From Nitrosopumilus sp. (lineage in GTDB: Archaea > Thermoproteota > Nitrososphaeria > Nitrososphaerales > Nitrosopumilaceae): a DNA stretch of 64,000 bases. The position numbers and the translations under genes were made by a program. A model generated the notes under the pieces. The model saw only the letters and a list, made by a program, of their open reading frames with translations, was not told the origin of the DNA and did not search any database. This document shows positions 21,373 through 31,550 of the stretch, piece by piece; position 1 is the stretch's first letter; every line of letters starts with the position of its first letter. The DNA lies in assembly GCA_965205675.1 (NCBI GenBank), contig OZ242186.1, positions 896,001 to 960,000 of the forward strand, given 5' to 3'.

Positions 21373-22029
21373 GTGATGAATCAAAAACTACAATTGAAAA
21401 TTCACCCTAAAATGATAACTGGTTTGCAAGGGATAATTCCTGGTGGCATATCTGTTGAAGATTTTTCCGCCGTTACCAAAATACATGATGATGAATCTAA
21501 GATAATTTTAGATGAATTCATTAAAAATAATATTGGTTTAGAACAAGAAGATTCTTACTATTTTGAAGATGGAGATAAGTTAAAAATTGCTGTTTCTTTA
21601 TTAGAAAAAGGATGTCCGATTGATGAAATATCTATCGCTTTAGGATGGCGAGATTTTGAGGGTTTAACTGCAGAAATTTTATCTGAAAAAAATTTTGCAG
21701 TAATTAAAAACATGATGCTCACGAAACCTAGGATGGAAATTGACGTTATTGGTATTAGACTTGGCATTGCTATTTTGATTGATTGTAAACACTGGAAATA
21801 CTATAGTTCTTCTGCTTTATCCACTGCTGTTAAAAAACAAATTGCGAGAACCCGACAATATGTTGCAAAAACTCCCGGAGCAGTTGCAGTACCTGTAATT
21901 GTAACGTTATACCAAGACAAAATTGATTTTATTCAAAATGTCCCAATAGTTCCTATTTTCCAATTTGCATCATTTATTGATGAATTTTATGGAAATATTG
22001 ATCAGATGGCTACTATAGGAACAAACTAG
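21373..22029 (+). CDS. PD-(D/E)xK restriction-endonuclease-like (Mrr/NERD-type) protein
   Basis: WRDFEG, EIDVIG, IDCKHW. Confidence 0.7.
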   Translation: MMNQKLQLKIHPKMITGLQGIIPGGISVEDFSAVTKIHDDESKIILDEFIKNNIGLEQEDSYYFEDGDKLKIAVSLLEKGCPIDEISIALGWRDFEGLTAEILSEKNFAVIKNMMLTKPRMEIDVIGIRLGIAILIDCKHWKYYSSSALSTAVKKQIARTRQYVAKTPGAVAVPVIVTLYQDKIDFIQNVPIVPIFQFASFIDEFYGNIDQMATIGTN

Positions 22030-23761
22030 TTACAAAAAAGGCTACTCCTCCTATCACAAATCCCTTGGTGATTTTCAAGGAATTATCTAATGCTTTTGAA
22101 TAATCCTCGTAGATGCCCTGGCCCATCACTTTAACACTTGTCTCACTTTCTAAAATCTCAAATTTTGTGGTATTGATATTTTCTTCTGCATTTTCTGCAA
22201 TGGCAAAAAACCATTTTGCAAGTTTTTCTGCACTTGTAACTAATCCTAATTGATAATACCCATTTCTGTTTCTAGCTTTAACTGGAGCGTAATGTGTATC
22301 TGATGTGCAAATTTCTAATAATTGATAATTCTTTCTTGCAAAAATATCTGTGATTTTCTCTCTTACTCCGTTCTCCATGTTGTTTGCATCTGCCCATCCT
22401 AGAAAATATTTTTTCTGATTAATCCTCAGACAGATAATTCCTAATCCACCCATTCCCAAATCCTCGGTCCATACGTCCATGTCTTCTGTGTTTGAATACC
22501 CTAATTCTATTGGAAATCTTTCTTTTGAAATTAATGTGTCTAGACAAGATTTTGCAGCTTTTAACATGTCTTTCCCATCTTCTTTTGAAATCTCTTCGCC
22601 CATTGCATTATGACAATCAATGATCATTGTTCGTCCATAGTTTCGATTGTTTGCATATTGCTCAATCTCTGTTTTCATATAGCTTGGAATATCCTCCATA
22701 CCGTGTGGAGACAATGACAAAAATAATAGCGGGTTGTTTCCAAAAAGCAAGCCTGTAACTCGTGATTTATTTATTTGAACTGTTACTGGCTCTGTACATT
22801 CTACTCCTTCCTCTTTGACTTTACCATTCTCTAAATTTTTCAAATATTTTTCGACTTCATTTCTTGATGGGAGATTTAATGCATGATTTGATATGCTATG
22901 CATGACCATGGCTGATGATGCTAAATTCTTGTAAATTAGGTATGGAATATTACTTCCTCCTACTGGATGATATGGCCCCGGATGTATTCCCGGTAATACC
23001 ATGTTGAATTCTTTATCTCCTTTCTGTGTTGAGAATTTGATTTGTGATGTGGATACTTTGGTTTCATTAGAACGGCCTTCCATCAATTTTTCAGCGTCTT
23101 CAAAATCATTTCCTTGAGATGCCAGATATGCTTGAATTGTTTTATGTGTGCTCTCCATTGCCGGTCTTCCTGCTCTGTCTGTCAGTATTGACCATACACT
23201 TGCAATCATCATAAATGATATTCCATATGCCAACCCCGTAGGTTCAGTTAATATCAAAATCCATGATTCTTGTGGAATTAAGACTAGATACATTGCTAAT
23301 GGTTGAATCAAACAAATGGCCCAAGCTCTTTTGAGACTGACTCCTAATGTTGTTGTGTAAATCCCTATTCTAAAACTGGCAAATAATAATAATCCAAACA
23401 CTATGAAAAATAATTCAATATTTTTTGATAATACTATGCTTGATAAAATTCCCATTAACAATGTAACTGTCCAAAGCATGTTTGCAAAAAGTGATGAGTG
23501 TAAAGATTTTGAATATTCTTTCTTCATTGTAAATCTGGTGTCAAGTAATTGTGTTACATACAGCACTCCTAACACTAGTGGCAATCTGTACCAGTTATTC
23601 TCAAATCCTAATTCTGCTAAATATCCGAAATATACTGCAAATACTGTAACTGAAGCAACTACTAGTGAAACAACTAGTGAAAAATAATGTGATGATGGAT
23701 TCAGTAAAGTAAGGGAAAATCTATTGTGTATATTTGAAACATCATCTGGATCTTTTTCCAT
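22013..23761 (-). CDS. DUF2070-family membrane protein
   Basis: IHPGP, IIDCHN, DANNM, TSDTH. Confidence 0.8.
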   Translation of the reverse strand: MEKDPDDVSNIHNRFSLTLLNPSSHYFSLVVSLVVASVTVFAVYFGYLAELGFENNWYRLPLVLGVLYVTQLLDTRFTMKKEYSKSLHSSLFANMLWTVTLLMGILSSIVLSKNIELFFIVFGLLLFASFRIGIYTTTLGVSLKRAWAICLIQPLAMYLVLIPQESWILILTEPTGLAYGISFMMIASVWSILTDRAGRPAMESTHKTIQAYLASQGNDFEDAEKLMEGRSNETKVSTSQIKFSTQKGDKEFNMVLPGIHPGPYHPVGGSNIPYLIYKNLASSAMVMHSISNHALNLPSRNEVEKYLKNLENGKVKEEGVECTEPVTVQINKSRVTGLLFGNNPLLFLSLSPHGMEDIPSYMKTEIEQYANNRNYGRTMIIDCHNAMGEEISKEDGKDMLKAAKSCLDTLISKERFPIELGYSNTEDMDVWTEDLGMGGLGIICLRINQKKYFLGWADANNMENGVREKITDIFARKNYQLLEICTSDTHYAPVKARNRNGYYQLGLVTSAEKLAKWFFAIAENAEENINTTKFEILESETSVKVMGQGIYEDYSKALDNSLKITKGFVIGGVAFFVTSLFL

Positions 23762-23768
23762 GGTTTAT

Positions 23769-23936
23769 TCACGGAGCTAGAAATCTATCAATTACCCACG
23801 AAACAACAATTAAACCAATTGGGATCGATACTACGATTTTTGGATCTAGTTTGAATCCTTTTGTCTCATCTTCAAAGAATCTCATGAGACCTCCACTTGA
23901 TGCTGGGAGTGGCGCTGATTTCTTATTACTGCTCAT
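23769..23936 (-). CDS. secG: Preprotein translocase subunit Sec61beta
   Basis: Manual translation MSSNKKSAPLPASSGGLMRFFEDETKGFKLDPKIVVSIPIGLIVVSWVIDRFLAP. Confidence 0.9.
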   Translation of the reverse strand: MSSNKKSAPLPASSGGLMRFFEDETKGFKLDPKIVVSIPIGLIVVSWVIDRFLAP

Positions 23937-24688
23937 TATAATTCGAGATGACAGATTTTAACATAAAAACTTTATTCCTTGTGCAAAATTAGACTTTAAC
24001 TCCAATTTATTCCTGTTTTTATTTGATTTGGATTAGATCTGACATATTCATTCATTATTTGACTTTGTACCTGAATCCATTCGTATTTGGAATTCTTTTT
24101 ACCTAAACTCTTTTTTTAATCCTGTTTCTACTGATCTTTCTATCTTGAATTACTAGATGTGTCTTCCACAGATATTTCCAATATGCTTAAAATCTCTTTT
24201 CAAGATTTTTTACGAGTTCTCATTTGTTGACCTGATACGCTAATGTCTTTTATTGCTTTTATTTGTTCTTCAATTGATGCTGAATCTTTTTTTGATGCTG
24301 CAGCATTTTGTTCTGATGCTGTAGATATCTTTTGTATTCTTTGCCCTGTATTTTTTAATGCTTGAAATGATTTCTCTATCCTCTATATCCTGTTTTGATT
24401 TTTTTTGCTGATTCATCAATTCTAGTTGTTGTGGATTTAATTTTATCTTGAATTTCTCCAAATAAATTATTTATTTCTTGAGATGATCTGGCAGATCATT
24501 TTGTTAGTCTCCTTACTTTATCTATCATCACTGCAACAATGCCGCGTCCTACTCTTCCATACGTTCTGTCTTGATTGCAGTATTTGGCGCTAATAAGTTA
24601 GTTTTTTTTGCGATACTTCAAATAACTTTAACTATTGTGATCTTTTTACTTTTTTCAGATAATATTTGTATTTTATCTGAGAAATCTT

Positions 24689-25015
24689 TTATTGTTTTTT
24701 CACTTTTTCTATTGTTTCTAATAATGAATTAATTGTTTTCAGAATAATTTGTTGTTTTTCATGATTTTCTTCCTCTTCTAATTCTTTTGAGAGTAATTCC
24801 AATTTTTTTCTTAATGTTTTTTCTATTGGTATGTGGCTCTCTGATTGACTTGTCTGTGAAATGTCTCTTTTCTCTGGTTGTCTGCCACAACTAATGCATA
24901 GTGCTTGACCTTTTTTCATCACTCTGACTCCTTTACAATATGGGCACGGTTCACTAAGCAATGTGGCCCCTTTTAACAGCATTTCAGCTGCTTTTTTTGT
25001 AAGTTCCTCTACCAC
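24689..25015 (-). CDS. UPF0148 / autoantigen p27-like zinc protein
   Basis: AAEMLLKGATLLSEPCPYC...CISC. Confidence 0.85.
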   Translation of the reverse strand: MVEELTKKAAEMLLKGATLLSEPCPYCKGVRVMKKGQALCISCGRQPEKRDISQTSQSESHIPIEKTLRKKLELLSKELEEEENHEKQQIILKTINSLLETIEKVKKQ

Positions 25016-25118
25016 TATCTTCTTTTAATTTTCTATCTAAAAAATCCGTTTATTTTCCCTTTTTCTTAATAACCAAACAAGGCTTAATAGTATGAATAAT
25101 CAAATTTAATTCGAACGA

Positions 25119-25427
25119 ATGGCAATAATTTGTAATACTTGTGGTCTTCCAGAAGATTTGTGTGCATGTGGCGAACTTGCCAAAGATAGTACTAAAATTA
25201 TCATCAGACTAGAAACTAGACGTTTTAAGAAAAAAGGCACTATGATTGACGGGTTAGATCCTAAACTGAATAATTTAGAAATTGTTGCAAAAGAACTTAA
25301 AAACAAATATGCTTGTGGCGGTACTGCTAAAGAAGGTTATATTTTCTTACAAGGTGATCACAGAGATACAATCAAAGACACTTTGATTAATTTAGGATTT
25401 GCAGAAGATACTATAGAATTACATTAA
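25119..25427 (+). CDS. Translation initiation factor aIF-1 (SUI1)
   Basis: CGLPEDLC, ELKNKYACGGT, LQGDHR. Confidence 0.93.
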   Translation: MAIICNTCGLPEDLCACGELAKDSTKIIIRLETRRFKKKGTMIDGLDPKLNNLEIVAKELKNKYACGGTAKEGYIFLQGDHRDTIKDTLINLGFAEDTIELH

Positions 25428-25433
25428 AATAAC

Positions 25434-26423
25434 TTGCAAAATTCAAATAAATTACTTCAATTAATTGGAATTCCTTTTACTGCATTACTTTCAGTGATTC
25501 TCGGTTTACTGCTAATTTCATTCCCTGTTGGGATTTATGTTATCTTTGAAACTGATGTTGGTGGTGATATCAACTATGAATACCCTTTAACTCATTTAGA
25601 ATTTTTTAAAGGAATTGATTTTTATCAAATTTTTACTGATGTGAGTGTTGGCGATGTCTTTGTTGTCTTGTGGATTTTTTATCTTGTTCTTTTTGTAATT
25701 GCTATTTTAGGACCACGTCGTGATTTTCTCAAAACTCTTTCTCTGATAATTTCAGTTGGGAAATATGAAACTCGAGTAAACTATATGATGGGAATCACCA
25801 AATGGTTTTCAATTTTAATTTTAGTTTCCACTCTGATAACTTTTCTTCAAAAATGGATAGGTGTTGATATTGTCCCCCCTTTAGTTGACAATGATTTAAT
25901 CCAATTTTTTTATGTTAGCTTATCTCCTCTGCTTGAAGAGTTTGGATTTCGTCTAATCTTGACCGGCATCCCGTTATTTGTATTATATTCATCAAAATCC
26001 TCTATGAGATATTTTATAAGATGTTTGTGGACGCCGGATGCTTTGGATATCTTTGATTCAAAAAAGGCCATTCTTCTGATAGTGTTTGTAGGTGTTCTTT
26101 TTGGATTTGCTCATATTGCGTTTGGTGATTCCTGGAGTGAGGGTAAATTTGCTCAAGCTGCTGCAGGCGGAATAATCTTAGGTTGGGTTTATCTTAGATA
26201 TGGTTTTGTTGCCTCTTTGTTGATTCACTGGGCTACCAATTATTTTGTTTTCTCGTATGCCAATTTTATTTCTCAGATTAATCGGATTTCAATCGAAGAT
26301 GCATTTTCACATTCGTTAATGTCTACTATGGAAATTTTGTTGTTAGCTGCAGGTTTATTTTCAATTGTTATTTTACTTGTCAATAGATTTTATTCTAAAA
26401 CAAAATCTACTCTAGAGGTCTAG
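25434..26423 (+). CDS. CPBP/CAAX intramembrane metalloprotease family
   Basis: EEFGFR, FGFAH, IHWATN motifs. Confidence 0.85.
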   Translation: MQNSNKLLQLIGIPFTALLSVILGLLLISFPVGIYVIFETDVGGDINYEYPLTHLEFFKGIDFYQIFTDVSVGDVFVVLWIFYLVLFVIAILGPRRDFLKTLSLIISVGKYETRVNYMMGITKWFSILILVSTLITFLQKWIGVDIVPPLVDNDLIQFFYVSLSPLLEEFGFRLILTGIPLFVLYSSKSSMRYFIRCLWTPDALDIFDSKKAILLIVFVGVLFGFAHIAFGDSWSEGKFAQAAAGGIILGWVYLRYGFVASLLIHWATNYFVFSYANFISQINRISIEDAFSHSLMSTMEILLLAAGLFSIVILLVNRFYSKTKSTLEV

Positions 26424-27329
26424 TGCTATTTTCAATCCTTTGTATCTATTTCTGATTGTAACTTCTGTTACTCCGGCTGCTTCTGCAACATCTCTTTGTG
26501 TTTTATTTTCTCCATTGGTGACACATGCTACGTACAATGCAGCAGCAGCTAGCCCCATTGGATCTTTACCTGCTGAAATTTTTTGTTCTTCTGCTGTTTG
26601 TAGAATTTTTGTTGCTTTTCTTTTTGTTTTCTCAGATAATCCTGCTTTGCTTGCAATTCTTGAAATGCATTTTATTGGATTAACTACTGGCATCTTTAGA
26701 TTTAATTCCCGAAGTAATAATCGATAACATCTTGCAATATCTTTACGTTTGATGTTGCTTGCTTGACCAATGTCTTTTAGAGTTCTAGGCGTTTCTGTAT
26801 CTCTGCATGCTGCATAAAGTGCTGATGCAATTAATGCCGAGATGGAACGTCCTCTGACTAGTCCTTTCTCTAAGGCTTTTCTGTAAATGTAAGCTGCCTT
26901 TTCAATAACTGAATCCCCCACTGCAAGTTTATCTTTTAATCTGTCTAATTCACTAAATGCTTGTCTAAAGTTTCTATCCACTGGTTCATGAACCTGGCTT
27001 CTACTGTCCCATGTTCTTAGTCTTTCAATGGTGCTTTTCATTGCAGCAGTTAATGGCTTGCCTGTTGCATCTCTGTTTTGTGGATTGATTACAGTAGCTA
27101 GCCCCATATCGTGCATTGCAAGTGATGTTGGAACTCCTGCCCTGCTTTTGTTTTCACCTTCGTTTGAAAATGATCTCCATTCTGGGCCTGATTCTTCTAC
27201 TTTATCAGTAATGACAAATCCACACCTGCCACAAAAATTCTCACCTGTATTTGCATCTGTGACTAGGATTCCTTTTCCACATCTGGGACATTTGTCTTTT
27301 GGATTTGTTGCTTTAACCATTTTTTTCAA
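26412..27329 (-). CDS. tfb: Transcription initiation factor IIB
   Basis: CPRC..CGRCG Zn ribbon, GPEWRSF, two cyclin repeats, VTEVTIRNRY. Confidence 0.97.
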   Translation of the reverse strand: MKKMVKATNPKDKCPRCGKGILVTDANTGENFCGRCGFVITDKVEESGPEWRSFSNEGENKSRAGVPTSLAMHDMGLATVINPQNRDATGKPLTAAMKSTIERLRTWDSRSQVHEPVDRNFRQAFSELDRLKDKLAVGDSVIEKAAYIYRKALEKGLVRGRSISALIASALYAACRDTETPRTLKDIGQASNIKRKDIARCYRLLLRELNLKMPVVNPIKCISRIASKAGLSEKTKRKATKILQTAEEQKISAGKDPMGLAAAALYVACVTNGENKTQRDVAEAAGVTEVTIRNRYKGLKIALDL

Positions 27330-27429
27330 AACCTTTTATGATAATATTTAACATTTTCTAAATTATTACTTATAAGTATTGTGGTCTTCGGTTCTGTGTA
27401 ATCTTCGAGACCCAAAATATTGATCTTCT

Positions 27430-28697
27430 TCAGATTGAATTTTCCTTATGTAGACTAGCATTTTCAATGATAGTTTTCCACTTGTTCTTACCGTCAATCT
27501 CAATCATTGAGGCCTCTGCTGGTGTTCTACCCTTTAATGCCTCATGTTTCTTTGTGAAATTATAGTAGACCTTCATTCCCTCGATAAGTGGCGTGTCTAT
27601 TCTCTTTAATCCCCTGAATACCTTTTCTCTGTCTCTAATAGTTCCATTGATTCGCTCCATCTTGTTGTTGTTATCACGATCTCTTTTACCTGCAATGTGA
27701 ATATGCCTAACGTGGTTTGTCTTCTTTCTAAAAACTTTCTTTGAGGATTTCATATATGCCTGTAATCCATCAGTTATGAAATTTCTTGGAGATTTCCCAG
27801 CTTGTCTTTTGGTCAATTCTAGTAAATTATCCGTATTATGATGAAACTTGTTATCTGCCATGTCTGAAGCCAACCAATATCTAGTATCATCATCCATTGA
27901 GGCAAATAGATAACACTGTTCACCATTTACCTTAACCCATACCTCATCAGCACGAAACCAGTTTCCAACTCTTGGAACTATGCAATTAAGATAAACTGAT
28001 GTTAGTTTGGAATATTGAGTTATCCAGTTATAGATAGTCTTGAATGATACATCAACACCCAACATCTCATAATGATCTGCAATTTTTCTAACGGACATTC
28101 CTGAATAGTACATCTGTAATGCTCCAGTTATGGTATTTTCATTTGACTGTTTTTTCCCAAAACCAAAGTTAGCAGTAAACCTACGTTTGCAGTCCTTACA
28201 CTTGAAAACTTGAACATCACCAGATTTAGTCTTACGCATACCCTTTTTTATTATCTTACCTGAATCACAGTATTTACACAGAGCTAGTTTGGAACGCTCT
28301 AAAATCTTGAAAGTATTGTTTTTCCTACATTGATTATTCTTGATTACATCTAAGACTATTTTGATGTGTTTACAGTCTGCTTTTCGGACTTGATGGTCTT
28401 TGCACTTACATCTTAACCCATTATCAGTTCTTGATACAGTATAGACGTCTTGCGTAATTATTTCTAGGCGTGAATTTTGCTGCAGGATTTTTCAAATGAG
28501 TTGAGAAATTTGAATTTTCAGGTATGAATTCTGTTAAAATACAAAATTTGAGAAAAAATCGCTATAATTACGCAAGAGGTCTTATAACGATTTTTTGGAT
28601 TCGTTTGAGAACGAACACTAAAATTATTTGAATCTAGTTGAGAACAATATCCTTTTGTTTCCATAATTTGTTTGGCTCTTTGTATTCTTGCGTTCAT
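27430..28697 (-). pseudogene. IS6-family DDE transposase with N-terminal SWIM-like Zn finger, interrupted by a MITE
   Basis: ADEVWVKV, ITDGL, NNKMERINGT; removing the MITE plus one TAT restores MNARIQRAK...NPKNRYTVSR...CKCKDH..CKH. Confidence 0.88.
28443..28582. mobile_element. 140-bp MITE
   Basis: 18-bp TIRs agacgtcttgcgtaatta / taattacgcaagaggtct, TAT duplication; TIRs match the element at 54057-55137. Confidence 0.92.
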
Positions 28698-28938
28698 GTA
28701 TAAAACCCCTTGAAAAAATAAATAGAACCAAGTGGGAAAAAAAGTACGTGGCTCAGATTGTACGATCCAATTTCGTCATTTCCCATGACGGATAAGAGGG
28801 TCACGGCTTCATCATTGCCAATCATTTTTACTTGATTCATATTCTATATTATCCGTATGCTTATTTAATGCTTACTATTAACCGTATGCAAAACTAAACG
28901 ATCGGTTAATATGTATCTATGATGATTAAAAATATAAG

Positions 28939-29112
28939 TTGACTCGTTGGAAAAAAGACGAAACAAATTTTTCTGTAAAACTCTCTGATGATGGTAGACA
29001 TAGTACGATTTGCAGAATACCCAAACCGATCTTAGAATTCCTAAATAACCCTAATTCAATCAAATTTATAATAGATGGAAAAAAAATCATGGTTAGTAAA
29101 GGGAACAAATAA
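28939..29112 (+). CDS. 57-aa AbrB/MazE-like regulator candidate
   Basis: TTG start; MTRWKKDETNFSVKLSDDGRHSTICRIPKPILEFLNNPNSIKFIIDGKKIMVSK; ends 3 nt before the MTase. Confidence 0.6.
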   Translation: MTRWKKDETNFSVKLSDDGRHSTICRIPKPILEFLNNPNSIKFIIDGKKIMVSKGNK

Positions 29113-29115
29113 GAA

Positions 29116-29820
29116 TTGAGTGTTTTTTCGTCTACAAGAACATTGACTACGCCAAAAGTAACATTACCCCCACGTCTAAAAATCAACAAGAAATTAAAAA
29201 TGGATGGATTGAAATTTCTTTCAAACATACCTGATGATAGTATACCAGTATCTTTTTTTGATCCTCAATATAGAGGAGTATACGAACAAATGAAATATGG
29301 TAATGAAGATACTTCAAGAAATCACAAGCGAGTTGAAATTCCTCAAATGAGTAATAATACAATCTCTGAATTTATCTCTGAAATTGCACGTGTGTTGATT
29401 CCATCGGGACATTTGTTTTTATGGTTGGACAAATTCCATTTATGTACGGATCATAGAGAATGGTTTGAATCTACGTGCCTCAACACTGTTGATATGATAA
29501 CATGGAACAAGAAAAAGATTGGATTGGGGTATCGTGCAAGACATACTAGTGAGTTTTTATTAGTTTTACAAAAAGAACCTAAAAGAGCTAAAGGATGTTG
29601 GACATTGAGAAATATTCCTGATGTGTGGGATGAGAAAATCCCCCCCCCCCAACACAAAAAATATCATCATACAAAACCAATAGATTTACAGACACGACTT
29701 ATCAGAGCTGTAACCAATGAATTTGACTTGGTTGTTGATCCAGCAGCAGGTTCATTTTCAGTTTTAGAGGCTTGTAATACTGCTAATCGAAACTTTTTGG
29801 GTTGTGATATTAGAAGATAA
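29116..29820 (+). CDS. N4/N6 DNA methyltransferase (beta order)
   Basis: FFDPQY (motif IV) precedes HTKP and VVDPAAGS (motif I). Confidence 0.88.
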   Translation: MSVFSSTRTLTTPKVTLPPRLKINKKLKMDGLKFLSNIPDDSIPVSFFDPQYRGVYEQMKYGNEDTSRNHKRVEIPQMSNNTISEFISEIARVLIPSGHLFLWLDKFHLCTDHREWFESTCLNTVDMITWNKKKIGLGYRARHTSEFLLVLQKEPKRAKGCWTLRNIPDVWDEKIPPPQHKKYHHTKPIDLQTRLIRAVTNEFDLVVDPAAGSFSVLEACNTANRNFLGCDIRR

Positions 29821-30493
29821 AATGGTCAAATTATCAGATACAAAAATAAAGAAATGTCAAGGTGAGGCATATTTCAGATGTTTTGGGAATCAACAGTTAG
29901 CGTCTCTTTTGAGTAGAACTCAGTCATTGGTGATAAAAAATGGTAATGACCTTGAAGATATGATTTTAAAAAGAGTGAACATCATAGACAATCTTGATAA
30001 ATACCTTGAAACAACAAACCATCAAGGAATATCAGTAGTGCCTAAGACAAGTATTAAAAAATCAAACATCATCAAGTTTGATGGTGTTGAACCTGATTTC
30101 ATGGTGTTTGTAGAAAAGGATAACAAAAAAGCATGTCATTTGATAGAACTAAAAGATGGATGTGAATTTGATACAAAATCATCAAGTGCAGAAAAAGAAC
30201 ATTTGTATGAATTTATCAGAAAAAACGCACAAAAAATGCAATATACGTTTGATGGCCATATTTGTTGTTTTAATAAAACATCTCGTGAGGAAATAGTAAA
30301 AGGATTCAAGAATAAGATCACAAAAGACGATGCCTTGACAGGTCGTGAATTTTGTGAATTGTTAGAAATTGATTATGATGATATTGTCAACACTCGTAAA
30401 AAAGACAGAGAATCCAATTTGGATTATTTTCTTAAGGTTGCAATTATTGATAAAGAATTACATCTAAAACTAACAAGTTTACTTGCAAGATAG
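29804..30493 (+). CDS. Putative type II restriction endonuclease
   Basis: EPDF...IELK PD-(D/E)xK motif; overlaps the MTase. Confidence 0.7.
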   Translation: MILEDKMVKLSDTKIKKCQGEAYFRCFGNQQLASLLSRTQSLVIKNGNDLEDMILKRVNIIDNLDKYLETTNHQGISVVPKTSIKKSNIIKFDGVEPDFMVFVEKDNKKACHLIELKDGCEFDTKSSSAEKEHLYEFIRKNAQKMQYTFDGHICCFNKTSREEIVKGFKNKITKDDALTGREFCELLEIDYDDIVNTRKKDRESNLDYFLKVAIIDKELHLKLTSLLAR

Positions 30494-31356
30494 CCAAACA
30501 TAACGTCTTTCCCTCAATCTGAAGAAGATCAATATTTTGGGTCTCGAAGATTACACAGAACCTGGTCTTCGGATTCTGTTGTTGTATCCCAAAATCAGTT
30601 CGTCCCTTATTTGACATCGTATTCTTCTCCTGTCTGCTCATCAATAACTCTTGTTCCTTTCCCTGGCATCTTTCTTGCATATGCCTTTACAGGGGTCTCA
30701 AGATTATCCCAGTCAAGTGACATGTGTGGCTTTATGTGGTTGTACCAGTGGACCAGCTCATCAATGGTGCCAAACCATTTCTGCTTTCTCTGAATCTCGC
30801 CGTGAAATCTTTCGAGCTTGCCATTGGTTTGAGGATGGTTCACTCTTGCCATGATGTGTTTTATTCCAAGTCTAACCAGTTCTTGCTCAAACTGTGATGC
30901 TCCTTTTCTCTTGTATTCTGATTGGTTTGCATAAAATTGGGAGCCATGATCAGTTAGAATTGATGCAGGCCTACCGTGCTTTGCAATTGCCTCATGTAAT
31001 ACTACAAGTGCGTTATCTGTTGTTGCCTCTGCAAACACTCCATGAGAAACGATAAACCTTGATGCGTCATCCTGGTAACACAGAAACCATCTGCCATCGT
31101 CTAACTGCTTCCAGTCAGTATGCCACATGGAGTTTGAATATGTCCTTTCATATCTAACCCACTTTCGCCTTCTCCTCTTCTTTGGCTGATCTTCTGCCAA
31201 CCCCTCATCTCTCATAATTTTGTGTATGGTATTGTGAGGTATGTGTGTTCCAGTGGTATCAATTATTTTCTCCAGGAATACTGCAGAACACCTGAACTTT
31301 TCAAATGTAGACTGGACAGTCTGTACCATCTGCTCTGTAATTATCCATGTGAATTG

Positions 31357-31372
31357 TTTTTATACATTTCCT
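31357..31372 (-). promoter_or_regulatory. Outward-facing BRE/TATA at right end of IS110-B
   Basis: Minus strand reads aggaaatg-tataaaaa, about 15 nt inside the element end. Confidence 0.55.
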
Positions 31373-31379
31373 CTCTTTC

Positions 31380-31550
31380 CATACATCAGGGCATGGCTTT
31401 CGCTAGAGAATGGTTTCAATCAAAAGATGGCAGACATGTATCCATACGAGACTATTCTCTCAATGCTATCTTCATCCTAGTTAGGATTGTTCGCAGTTAT
31501 TAGACGAGGCCTTGTCCCTCAATAATTACAACGCGACTTGCAGTCCTAAC
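31380..31550 (-). ncRNA. Bridge/seek-type guide RNA of IS110-B (ends approximate)
   Basis: Stems tcgc/gcga, gagg/cctc, gaga/tctc; loop tgtaattat is the reverse complement of B's right flank ataattaca; atggata and atag match B's ends. Confidence 0.75.

Larger units (their letters stand above)
27390..30562 (-). mobile_element. IS6-family cargo transposon (3173 bp) carrying an R-M system
   Basis: Perfect 49-bp TIRs (27390-27438, 30514-30562); 8-bp TSD tggtcttc at 27382-27389 and 30563-30570. Confidence 0.95.

Noticed and set aside
21373-22029. Nuclease-fold gene as a new defence system
   Set aside because: It sits among housekeeping genes with no partner genes or mobility signs.
23734-23961. 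75-aa plus-strand ORF
   Set aside because: Antisense to Sec61beta.
28926-29228. 100-aa minus-strand ORF
   Set aside because: Antisense to the AbrB-like ORF and the MTase start.
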